Source: Planctomycetota bacterium
GTDB lineage: Bacteria > Planctomycetota > JAJSAM01 > JAJVHW01
Reading direction: 5' to 3'
Assembly: GCA_965248445.1 (NCBI GenBank)
Contig: CBDFJG010000001.1
Location: forward strand, 512,001 to 576,000
DNA length: 64,000 nt
Shown here: one piece after another, positions 17,328 to 26,017 of the stretch
Layout of the letters: every line of letters begins with the position of its first letter
How positions within the stretch are numbered: the first letter of the stretch is position 1
Notes under the pieces: generated by a model
The model's input: the letters and a program-made list of their open reading frames with translations, nothing else
What the model was told of the DNA's origin: nothing
The model's database searches: none
Translations under genes and position numbers: made by a program

Positions 17328-19556
17328 TCACCTAACGAACAGCATCTCGCTGTACCTCGGGAACGGCCAGTGGTGGTCGCTGCAGATGTTCTCGAGGCCG
17401 TCGGCCGACTCGCGGACTCGCTCGAGTGCCGGGGCGACCTCGTACGCGTAGCGCCGCGCCACTTCGGTCTCGTCGGTGCTGTCGATGGCTCCGGCGGTGC
17501 TCTCCAGCTCATCCCGCCGCGAGAGCAGATCGCCCAGCAGCTTCTGGACCTCGTTCGCGCGCGACTTGTGCGGCGCGTCGTAGCCGCACTCACGGGCGGC
17601 ATGCACCGACTGACAGAGTTCACCGAGGTAGCTCGACGCGGCGGGAATGACCCCCGTGTCCACCATGCGAAGGAGCGTCTGGACCTCGATGTCGACATCC
17701 ATGATGTAGCGCTCGAGCCGGATGTGCACGCGCGCCTTCACCTCGTCGGCCGAGCAGACCCTCTGCTCGATGAGGAACGCGTGGTTCTCGGGGTCCGCCA
17801 GATGCGCCAGCGCGTCCGGAGTCTTGCGGAGGTTCGGGAGGCCGCGGGCCTCCGCCTCGGTCACCCACTCATCCGAGTAGTTGTTTCCCTCGAAGCGCAC
17901 CGGCTCCGTCTCGCGCGCGATCTTGGCCAGAACGGCCAGCACCGCGACGTCGCGAGCGGCACCGCCGCGCATCCCCTCCTTGATCGCTGCATCCATCTCG
18001 AGGATCGAGTCGGCGGCCGCGGCGTTCAGCACCGCGATCGGGAACGAGACGGTCTGGGAGGAACCACATGCGCGGAACTCCCACTTGTTGCCCGTGAATG
18101 CGAAAGGCGAGGTGCGGTTGCGGTCGGTGTTGTCCTTCTTCACGTCGGGTAGGTGGCTTACTCCGAGACTGATCGACGCGGCGTCCGCGTCGCCCTCGCC
18201 GAACACGCCCTCGGACAGGCGCTCGAAGATGCCGGTCAGCGTCTCGCCGAGGAACATGGAGACGATCGCCGGCGGCGCCTCGTTCGCGCCGAGCCGGTGG
18301 TCGTTGCCCGAGCCCGAGATCGCCGCGCGAAGGCAGCCCGCGCGGCGATGCACGGCGCGCAAGACGCACGCCGTCATGACCAGGAAGCGCAGGTTCTTGG
18401 ACGGGGTGTCGCCCGGTTCGAAGAGGTTGCTCCACTTGTCGTCACCGGTGCGGATCGCGAGAGACCAGTTCAGGTGCTTGCCGCTGCCGTTGATGCCGGC
18501 GAACGGCTTCTCGTGGAAGAACACGCTGAAGTCGTGGCGACGGGCCACGCGGCGCATCACCTCCATCGCGAGCTGGTTGTGATCGGCTGCGATCTGCGAC
18601 TCCTCGAAGATCGGTGCCATCTCGTACTGGGCCGGCGCGACCTCGTTGTGCCGTGTCTTGACGGGCACGCCGAGCTCATACAGCTCGTTCTCGAAGTCGT
18701 TCATGAACGCGGCCGCGCGCGGGTTGATCGCCCCGAAGTAGTGATCGTCGAGCTGCTGGCCCTTCGGCGAGCTGGCCCCGAGGAGCGTGCGCCCGGTCAT
18801 GAGCAGATCGGGACGCAGCGGAGTGAATGCGCGATCCACGAGGAAGTACTCTTGCTCGGCACCGACGGTGCTCGTGACGCGCGTCACCGTCTCCTCGCCA
18901 AGCGTCGCGAGGAGCTGCTTCACCGCGCCGTCGAGCGCCTGGATGCTGCGCAGAAGCGGCGTCTTCTCGTCGAGCGCGTAGCCGTTGTACGACATGAAAG
19001 CCGACGGAATGCACAGCGTGGTTCCCGTGGTCGTCACCATCAGGAACATCGGGCTCGACGGGTCCCAAGCGGTATATCCACGCGCCTCGAACGTCGTTCG
19101 CGTGCCGCCGCTCGGGAACGACGACGCATCCGGTTCGCTCTGCACCAACTGATCAGGGGAGAAGCGCTCGATCGGCTTGCCGGCGTTGTCGAACGACAGG
19201 AAGGCGTCGTGCTTCTCCGCGGTCGAGCCGGTCAGGGGCTGGAACCAGTGACAGAAGTGCGTCGCGCCGTTCTCGAGCGCCCACTCCTTCGCCGCGTGTG
19301 CGACGGCCGCCGCGAGTTCGGAGTCCAGTCCGGCTCCCGACTCGAGACACTGCAGGAGGCGCTCGAAGTCCTGCGCCGGGAGTCGGTCGCGCATGCGATG
19401 CAGGTCAAACGTGCGACGACCGAAGCGCTCGCTGACCTTGCGGCGCGCCTCGGCTCCGCGGACGGCATCGAAACCGCGCGGATTGCGGGCAGCCGCCGTC
19501 CGTACGGCGCCCATGCGACCGATCGACCTCGCCCCACTCATGTGCGTGCCGGACAT
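17328..19556 (-). CDS. glnA: Glutamine synthetase type III
   Basis: HWFQPLTGSTAEKHD, EPDASSFPSGG, GAEQEYF, HNEVAP, HEKPFAGINGSGKH, TDRNRTSPFAFTGNK; AGAGGAGG RBS. Confidence 0.96.
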   Translation of the reverse strand: MSGTHMSGARSIGRMGAVRTAAARNPRGFDAVRGAEARRKVSERFGRRTFDLHRMRDRLPAQDFERLLQCLESGAGLDSELAAAVAHAAKEWALENGATHFCHWFQPLTGSTAEKHDAFLSFDNAGKPIERFSPDQLVQSEPDASSFPSGGTRTTFEARGYTAWDPSSPMFLMVTTTGTTLCIPSAFMSYNGYALDEKTPLLRSIQALDGAVKQLLATLGEETVTRVTSTVGAEQEYFLVDRAFTPLRPDLLMTGRTLLGASSPKGQQLDDHYFGAINPRAAAFMNDFENELYELGVPVKTRHNEVAPAQYEMAPIFEESQIAADHNQLAMEVMRRVARRHDFSVFFHEKPFAGINGSGKHLNWSLAIRTGDDKWSNLFEPGDTPSKNLRFLVMTACVLRAVHRRAGCLRAAISGSGNDHRLGANEAPPAIVSMFLGETLTGIFERLSEGVFGEGDADAASISLGVSHLPDVKKDNTDRNRTSPFAFTGNKWEFRACGSSQTVSFPIAVLNAAAADSILEMDAAIKEGMRGGAARDVAVLAVLAKIARETEPVRFEGNNYSDEWVTEAEARGLPNLRKTPDALAHLADPENHAFLIEQRVCSADEVKARVHIRLERYIMDVDIEVQTLLRMVDTGVIPAASSYLGELCQSVHAARECGYDAPHKSRANEVQKLLGDLLSRRDELESTAGAIDSTDETEVARRYAYEVAPALERVRESADGLENICSDHHWPFPRYSEMLFVR

Positions 19557-19768
19557 CGAATCCTCCTCTGACTCACGGCTTCCACGATTCACGTCGACCG
19601 CGACCGGGCCGTTGCCCTGCGATCCGTCGGTTCTGAGCACCACGCCTGAGCACTCTCTTTCATGCCCGAACCGCTCAGTGGCTTTGCTGCCACGATCGGC
19701 CCGCTGACCAACGACCGGTGTCGGCGCTCCCGCTCGCGCGAGCGCCGACACCGCCTGTGCGCCACTGT

Positions 19769-19822
19769 GCTGATTCCAACTGGCTGATTCCAACTGGCTG
19801 AATCCAACTGTGCTGAATCCAG
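19769..19822. repeat. 14-bp tandem repeat (GCTGAWTCCAACTG), about 3.8 copies
   Basis: Units at 19769, 19783 and 19797, with a partial unit at 19812, in the divergent glnA/mutS intergenic region. Confidence 0.9.
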
Positions 19823-19939
19823 TCGCGCCGCCCGCCAAGAACGGCGCGGAGTCTCGCACGGCACGGGGACGGGGTGTTCGCGATTCAGGACGGATCGGGG
19901 GCCTCTTCGGGGGTCGGGCGTCGCGGATATCCTCCTACG

Positions 19940-22669
19940 ATGGTCCGTGCCAAGACGCCGGTGATGCGCCAGTTCGAGAGTGCAAAGAGCGAGCACCCCG
20001 ACGCGCTGCTGTTCTTCCGCATGGGCGACTTCTACGAACTCTTCCACGAGGACGCGAAGGAGGCGGCGCGGCTCCTGGACATCACGCTGACCGCGCGGAA
20101 CGACGGCATCCCGATGGCCGGCGTTCCTGTCCGCAGTCTGGACAGTTACTTACGTCGACTCGTCAACATCGGACGCCGGGTCGCGATCTGCGAACAGATC
20201 GAAGACGCCAAGAAGGCAAAGGGCATCGTCAAGCGCGCCGTCGTGCGGGTCGTGACCCCCGGCACCCTCACCGAGGACGGCAACCTCGATGTCGGTCGCA
20301 ACAACTACTTGGTGGCGGTTGCGGCGCCGAAGCGGGCCGGCGGAGCCGCCGGGCTGGCGTGGGTCGACCTCTCGACCGGCGCGTTCGAGCTGGCCGAACT
20401 GCCGGCGAGCGCCCTCTCTGACGAGCTCGCGCGACTCGAGCCGGCGGAGATCCTGGTCTCGCGGTCCGCCCTCGCCTCCCGGCCGGACGTGCTGGCCGCC
20501 CTCGACGCCGCGGGAACCGCTGCCGCCGAGCGGGAGGTCGAGCCCTGGCGGCTCGATCCGCAGGACGGACGGCGGGCGCTCTGCACGAGGCACGGCGTCG
20601 CAGATCTCTCCGGGTTCGGTCTGGACGGCCTCGCTGCTGCTGTCGGCTGCGCCGGCGCCCTCCTCTCCTACCTCGAGGAGACGCAGAAGACCGCGCTCCC
20701 CCACCTTCGGCGGCCGCGGCTGCACACGCCGGCGGACAGCCTGGTCGTCGATCGGGTCACGCTGCGATGCCTCGAGGTGGTCGCCAACCAGCGTGACGCC
20801 GGGCGGAGCGACACGCTGCTCGAGGTCGTGGATCGCACACGGACGGCCATGGGCGCACGGCTCCTCCGCGGGTGGTTGACGGCGCCGCTCGCGCGACTCG
20901 ACCCGATCGCCATGAGGCACGATGCCGTCGCTTCGCTCGACGATGCGCCGGTCGGACGCGCCGATCTGCGCGACGCGCTGCGCAACGTGCACGACCTCGA
21001 GCGATTGACCGCGCGCGTCTCCACGGGCCGCGCCACGCCCCGCGACGTCCTCGCGCTCGGGCGCTCTCTCGCGCAGGTGCCGCAGATTCGCACGCTCCTC
21101 GAGCGGCACGAGGCTGGGCTGCTCTGCGCGCTCGGCAACGCCGCAGATCCGCTCACCGATCTGACGGCTGAGATCGAGCGGACGATCAGCAATCCGGCGC
21201 CGCTCACGATTCGCGAGGGCGGCATCATCCGCGAGGGGATCTCCGAGGACCTGGACCGCGCTCGGACGCTCGCGCGCGGCGCGAAGGAAGTGCTCGCGGA
21301 GATGCAGCGTCGCGAGTCCGAGCGGACCGGGATCCAGAACCTGCGCGTCGGATACACGTCGGTGTTCGGGTACTTCCTCGAGGTGTCGCGAGGTCAGGTC
21401 GGACGCGTGCCGGAGGAGTGGACCCGGCGTCAAACGCTCAAGAACGTGGAGCGGTACATCACTCCGGAGCTCAAGGAGCTCGAGGAGCAGATTCTCGGTG
21501 CGGACGACCGCGCGCGCACGCTCGAGGAAGAGCTGTTCCTCGGCCTTCGCAGCCGGATAGCAGAGGACGTGTCCACGCTGCTCGACACCGCGGGGGCCGT
21601 CGCCGAGATCGACGTGCTCGCATGTCTTGCGGAGGTCGCGTCGGAGAAGGGCTGGACACGGCCGACCCTCGACGAAACTGGGAGTCTGCGCGTGCGCAAC
21701 GGTCGGCATCCCGTCCTCGACGGGCGGACCGAGGAGCCGTTCGTCCCGAACGACGCGGAGCTCGACACGGCGTCGCAACACGTCGTCCTCATCACCGGCC
21801 CCAACATGGCGGGCAAGTCGACGTACATCCGGCAGGTCGCGTTGATTGCTCTGTTGGCCCACGTCGGCTCCTTCGTCCCTGCGGACGAAGCACGCATCGG
21901 CCGGGTGGACAGGATCATGGCGCGCGTCGGCGCCAGCGACGACATCGCCGGCGGCCGCTCGACATTCATGGTCGAGATGACCGAGACCGCGAACATCCTG
22001 CACAACGCGACCAAGCGCTCGCTCGTCATCCTCGACGAGGTCGGGCGCGGCACGAGCACGTACGACGGTGTCGCGCTCGCATGGGCGATCACCGAGCACC
22101 TGGCTACGGTCACCGGCTGCCGCACGCTGTTCGCGACCCACTATCACGAGCTGACGACGATGCCGTCGACGATCGAGCAGTTGGGGCGTTCGGTGCGGAA
22201 CGCGCGCGTCGCGGTTCGCGAATGGGGAGATCGCGTGGTGTTCCTCCGCCGGATCGAAGAAGGCGGAACCGACCGGTCGTACGGAATTCACGTGGCGCGC
22301 CTCGCGGGTCTTCCCGACGAGGTCGTCGAGCGCGCACGGTCCGTGCTCTCCGGCCTCGAGACGCGGCGCCACGCGCTCCTCGGCGACACGCAGGGCACCG
22401 GTGAGCAGCTACCTCTGTTTCGACCGCCGCCGGACGAGGGACGCGCGCCGGAACACCCGGTTCTCGGAGAGGTCCGGGACGTAGACGTGGCGCGCACGAC
22501 CCCGCTCGACGCGCTGGCGCTCCTCGACGCGTGGCAGCGCAGGCTGTCCCCTTATCCACACCAGAAGGCTGCTCCGCCCCAGAAGGCTGCTCCATCCGAG
22601 CAGGCTGATCCACCCGAGTCGTCGCGCGGATCCTCCGACAGCGGTCACGGCCCCGCCGTCCGTGAGTAG
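19940..22669 (+). CDS. mutS: DNA mismatch repair protein MutS
   Basis: TPVMRQF, FFRMGDFYELF, ITGPNMAGKSTY, STFMVEM, DEVGRGTSTYDG, FATHYHEL, SYGIHVARLAG. Confidence 0.98.
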   Translation: MVRAKTPVMRQFESAKSEHPDALLFFRMGDFYELFHEDAKEAARLLDITLTARNDGIPMAGVPVRSLDSYLRRLVNIGRRVAICEQIEDAKKAKGIVKRAVVRVVTPGTLTEDGNLDVGRNNYLVAVAAPKRAGGAAGLAWVDLSTGAFELAELPASALSDELARLEPAEILVSRSALASRPDVLAALDAAGTAAAEREVEPWRLDPQDGRRALCTRHGVADLSGFGLDGLAAAVGCAGALLSYLEETQKTALPHLRRPRLHTPADSLVVDRVTLRCLEVVANQRDAGRSDTLLEVVDRTRTAMGARLLRGWLTAPLARLDPIAMRHDAVASLDDAPVGRADLRDALRNVHDLERLTARVSTGRATPRDVLALGRSLAQVPQIRTLLERHEAGLLCALGNAADPLTDLTAEIERTISNPAPLTIREGGIIREGISEDLDRARTLARGAKEVLAEMQRRESERTGIQNLRVGYTSVFGYFLEVSRGQVGRVPEEWTRRQTLKNVERYITPELKELEEQILGADDRARTLEEELFLGLRSRIAEDVSTLLDTAGAVAEIDVLACLAEVASEKGWTRPTLDETGSLRVRNGRHPVLDGRTEEPFVPNDAELDTASQHVVLITGPNMAGKSTYIRQVALIALLAHVGSFVPADEARIGRVDRIMARVGASDDIAGGRSTFMVEMTETANILHNATKRSLVILDEVGRGTSTYDGVALAWAITEHLATVTGCRTLFATHYHELTTMPSTIEQLGRSVRNARVAVREWGDRVVFLRRIEEGGTDRSYGIHVARLAGLPDEVVERARSVLSGLETRRHALLGDTQGTGEQLPLFRPPPDEGRAPEHPVLGEVRDVDVARTTPLDALALLDAWQRRLSPYPHQKAAPPQKAAPSEQADPPESSRGSSDSGHGPAVRE

Positions 22670-23274
22670 GTCAGATTCCGGATCGTGCGCCCTCGCTCCC
22701 GCCAGAGCGTCTCGAAGCGTGTGGCGTGTCCCCCGGGCGGCTCGCGATCCACGAGGGTGAGCCCGTCACCTTCGAGCACCTCCTCCATCTGCTCATGGTA
22801 GGCCGCCTCATCGGTCGCGAGGTGCAGGCGTCCGCCGCTGACGAGCACGCGGGTAGCCTCGCGCGCGAACCACGGACGGACGAGCCGATTCAGCTCATGC
22901 CGCTCCTTCGGCCACGGGTCCGGGAAGTACACGTGCAGAGCGGTCACGCTCGCGTCCTCCAAGCAGACGCCGAGGGCCAGTTCGCCCGCGACGGGCAGCG
23001 CGCGTACGTTCGTCAGGCCACGGTCGTCCGCGCGCTGCAGGAACAGCTGCACTCGGTGAGGGTCGCGCTCGACACCGATGTGGTCACGCTCGGGATGGGC
23101 CTGCGCCTCCTCCAGGAGGAAGGTGTCCTTGCCGAAGCCGATCTCGACGACGAGCGGCGCGTCGCGGCCGAAGATCTCCCTCCAGTCGCCGGGCGCGCGC
23201 AGTCCGTCCCCCGGCACGACAAGGAAGGGCGCGGGCGGCGGCAGCCAGCCGCCGCGGTTGGAGCGGTGGCGCAT
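22645..23274 (-). CDS. trmB: tRNA (guanine-N7)-methyltransferase
   Basis: VEIGFG, YFPDPWPKERH, LATD. Confidence 0.9.
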   Translation of the reverse strand: MRHRSNRGGWLPPPAPFLVVPGDGLRAPGDWREIFGRDAPLVVEIGFGKDTFLLEEAQAHPERDHIGVERDPHRVQLFLQRADDRGLTNVRALPVAGELALGVCLEDASVTALHVYFPDPWPKERHELNRLVRPWFAREATRVLVSGGRLHLATDEAAYHEQMEEVLEGDGLTLVDREPPGGHATRFETLWRERGRTIRNLTYSRTAGP

Positions 23275-23339
23275 GACTCCGGTCTACGCCGTGTCCCGCC
23301 TCGCTCCATACCTTTCGTGGGCTTCTTCCCTGAGCTTCC

Positions 23340-23367
23340 TTGACCGGCCCTTCACGCGGAGTACGCT
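23340..23367 (+). promoter_or_regulatory. Putative sigma70 promoter of the tRNA-Met gene
   Basis: TTGACC-N16-TACGCT about 40 nt upstream of the tRNA. Confidence 0.5.
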
Positions 23368-23408
23368 CGCCCCTCCCCAGCCCCCGAGGGCCGCGGGAGC
23401 TTTCCGAT

Positions 23409-23483
23409 CGCGGGGTGGAGAAGTGGTATCTCGTCAGGCTCATAACCTGAAGATCGCAGGTTCGAATCCTGTCCCCGCTACCA
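23409..23483 (+). tRNA. tRNA-Met(CAT), probably the initiator
   Basis: Cloverleaf: CGCGGGG acceptor with unpaired C1, TCAGG-CTCATAA-CCTGA anticodon arm, GGTTCGAATCC T arm, encoded CCA. Confidence 0.95.
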
Positions 23484-23484
23484 T

Positions 23485-23516
23485 CAGGGTCGCCGGCTGA
23501 CTGCCGGCGGCCCTGT
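23485..23516 (+). terminator. Hairpin directly after the tRNA (terminator-like)
   Basis: CAGGGTCGCCGGC-TGACT-GCCGGCGGCCCTG. Confidence 0.5.
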
Positions 23517-23548
23517 CCATTTCACGAGTCGGAATCCACGCACGGCAC

Positions 23549-23818
23549 ATGGTGAGAGTCGTCTTCACCGAGAACATGCAGCGCCACGTGGCGTGCCCTC
23601 CGGCCGACGCGCCGGGGGACACTGTGCGGGCCGTGCTCGACCGGGTGTTCGATGACAATCCGCGGGCCCGCGGCTACGTGCTCGACGACCACGGACACCT
23701 GCGCAAGCACATGGTGATCTTCGTGGACGGGCGCCAGATTCGCGACCGAGAGGAACTGTCGGACCCGGTGTCCGTGGACGGCGAGATCTACGTGATGCAG
23801 GCGCTCTCCGGCGGCTGA
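23549..23818 (+). CDS. MoaD/ThiS-family ubiquitin-like protein
   Basis: 89 aa, beta-grasp-like, C-terminal ALSGG. Confidence 0.9.
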   Translation: MVRVVFTENMQRHVACPPADAPGDTVRAVLDRVFDDNPRARGYVLDDHGHLRKHMVIFVDGRQIRDREELSDPVSVDGEIYVMQALSGG

Positions 23819-23852
23819 CATAGAGCGACCGAACCGCCGAAGGAGCTACGAG

Positions 23853-24953
23853 ATGAGTGACCGCATTCTGGTGTCCACACGCAAGGGCCTGTTCATCGTC
23901 GCCCGGGGTGCCTCCGGCTGGACCATCGACCGCACTGCGTTCCTCGGCGACAACGTGTCGCTCGCGATCGAGGACCCTCGCGACGGTGCGATCCACGCAG
24001 CTCTCGACCACGGACACTTCGGGTGCAAGATGCACCGCTCCCGCGACGGCGGCACCACGTGGGAGGAGTGCGCGACACCGGTGTTCCCGGACAAGCCGGA
24101 GGATCCGGAGGATCCCGAGGACAAGAACCCTTGGAAGCTCATGTCCGTCTGGGCGATGTCCGCCGGTGGCGCCGACGAACCGGGGGTGATGTGGCTCGGC
24201 ACGATCCCCGGCGGTCTCTTCCGATCCAACGACTCGGGCGACTCGTGGATGCTCGTGCGCCCGCTTTGGGACCACCCCGACCGCAAGAAGTGGTTCGGCG
24301 GCGGCTCCGAGCAGCCCGGTCTCCACTCGATCCTGGTGCATCCGGAGAACTCGCGCCATGTGATGGTCGGCGTGTCCTGCGGCGGCACGTGGGTCACGGA
24401 GAACGGCGGCGAGACGTGGGACTGCCGGGCGGACGGCATGTGGGCCGCCTACATGCCGCCGGAGCAGAAGAACAACCCTGTCATCCAGGATCCGCACCTC
24501 ATCGTCCAGTGCCCGTCGGCGCCGGAGGTCTACTGGACGCAGCACCACAACGGCATCTTCCGCACGCGGGACGGCGGTCGGAACTGGGACGACATTACGG
24601 CCGCGGAGCCGTCGGTCTTCGGGTTCGCCGTCGCCGTGCACCCCAACGACCCGGAGACCGCCTGGTTCGTGCCGGCGATCAAGGACGAGAAGCGCATCCC
24701 CGTCGACGGCAACGTCGTCGTGAGCCGCACGCGGGACGGAGGCAAGACGTTCGAGGTGCTGCGCGAGGGTCTGCCGCAGGGCCACTCCTACGACCTGACG
24801 TTCCGTCACGGCCTCGACATCGACGCGTCCGGTGAACGGCTGGCATTCGGCAGCACGACCGGAGCGCTCTGGGTGACGGAGAACGGCGGCGACTCGTGGC
24901 AGACGGTGTCCCGGCACCTCCCGCAGGTCTACTCCGTCCGCTTCATGGCTTGA
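23853..24953 (+). CDS. BNR/Asp-box beta-propeller (sialidase-like) protein
   Basis: Repeated S/TxDGGxTW Asp boxes; no signal peptide. Confidence 0.88.
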   Translation: MSDRILVSTRKGLFIVARGASGWTIDRTAFLGDNVSLAIEDPRDGAIHAALDHGHFGCKMHRSRDGGTTWEECATPVFPDKPEDPEDPEDKNPWKLMSVWAMSAGGADEPGVMWLGTIPGGLFRSNDSGDSWMLVRPLWDHPDRKKWFGGGSEQPGLHSILVHPENSRHVMVGVSCGGTWVTENGGETWDCRADGMWAAYMPPEQKNNPVIQDPHLIVQCPSAPEVYWTQHHNGIFRTRDGGRNWDDITAAEPSVFGFAVAVHPNDPETAWFVPAIKDEKRIPVDGNVVVSRTRDGGKTFEVLREGLPQGHSYDLTFRHGLDIDASGERLAFGSTTGALWVTENGGDSWQTVSRHLPQVYSVRFMA

Positions 24954-25990
24954 GCGACTCGCAGAGAGACCGCATCCGTCAGCGAGCGCAGGATCTCGGA
25001 TTCGACCGCGTCGGATTCGCCGCCGCGGGAGAGAGCCGCGACGCCGCGCGATACCGCGAGTGGCTCGCCGCCGGTCGCGAGGCAGACCTCGAGTACATGC
25101 GCAAGGCTCCCGAGCGCCGCACCGATCCACGGAACGTCCTGCCCGGATGCAACACCGTCATCGTCGGCACCGTCGGTCATTGGTTCCCGGATGACGACGG
25201 GAGCGCCGCCCTACCGGCGCGCGTTGCGCGATACGCCCGCGGCCGCGACTACCACAAGATTCTGCAAGGCATGCTCAAGCGGCTCTGTCGCGTGCTGGAC
25301 GAGGAGGCGGAGGGCGACGAGCGTCACCGCTGGTACGTAGATCACGGTCCGGTCCTCGAACGCGCGTGGGCGGCGGAGGCGGGCATCGGCTTCGTCGGCA
25401 AGAACGCGATGCTGATCGACCCGCGGCGGGGTTCGTGGACCACCCTCGGGGTCGTGTTGACAACGCTCGAGATCGCACCGGACACGCCGGTGACGGATTC
25501 CTGCGGCACCTGCACTGCCTGCATCCCCGCCTGCCCCACCGGGGCCATCGTCGGACCCGGCCAGGTCGACTCGCGGCTGTGCATCAGCTACTGGACGATC
25601 GAGCACCGCGGTGCGATCCCCGATGCCATGCGGAGCGCACTCGGCACGCGCGTCTTCGGTTGCGACGACTGCCAGGACGCCTGCCCGTGGAACCGCTTCG
25701 CGCAGCCCGCCACGGTGGAGGATCACCGGCCGCGAGAGCTGTTCGCGGATCCGGACCTCACCCGCCTGGCGACCCTCACCCACGAAGAGTGGGACGACGC
25801 GACCCGCGGCACCGCCGTGCGCCGCGCCGGCTACGAGGGCCTCCTCCGCAACGTGGCCTGCGCCCTCGGCAACACCGGCGACGCCCGTGCGCGCACGCCG
25901 CTCGAACACCTGGCCGAGCACGAGAGTGAACTGGTTCGGGAGCATGCCACCTGGGGTCTCGACCAGCTCGACGCCGCCACAACCGCGTAG
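24950..25990 (+). CDS. queG: Epoxyqueuosine reductase
   Basis: ARYARGRDYH, GPVLERAWA, CGTCTACIPACPTGA, CISYWTIE, FGCDDCQDACPWN. Confidence 0.95.
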   Translation: MSDSQRDRIRQRAQDLGFDRVGFAAAGESRDAARYREWLAAGREADLEYMRKAPERRTDPRNVLPGCNTVIVGTVGHWFPDDDGSAALPARVARYARGRDYHKILQGMLKRLCRVLDEEAEGDERHRWYVDHGPVLERAWAAEAGIGFVGKNAMLIDPRRGSWTTLGVVLTTLEIAPDTPVTDSCGTCTACIPACPTGAIVGPGQVDSRLCISYWTIEHRGAIPDAMRSALGTRVFGCDDCQDACPWNRFAQPATVEDHRPRELFADPDLTRLATLTHEEWDDATRGTAVRRAGYEGLLRNVACALGNTGDARARTPLEHLAEHESELVREHATWGLDQLDAATTA

Positions 25991-26017
25991 GGGACCGCAA
26001 GCGGCAGACTGCGTGCG

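Noticed and set aside
19560..19770. Sigma54 promoter upstream of glnA
   Set aside because: The TGGC candidates lack a GC at the required GG-N10-GC spacing
19769..19822. Possible CRISPR array
   Set aside because: The units are 14 bp and contiguous, with no spacers and no cas genes
20150..22372. Long antisense/alternate-frame ORFs (also 7313-8620, 18153-19571, 38497-40029, 50330-52414)
   Set aside because: They overlap well-supported genes and are expected from stop-codon scarcity at high GC
22552..22560. Perfect DnaA box TTATCCACA
   Set aside because: A single copy inside the mutS ORF, with no box cluster or AT-rich unwinding element; not evidence of an origin
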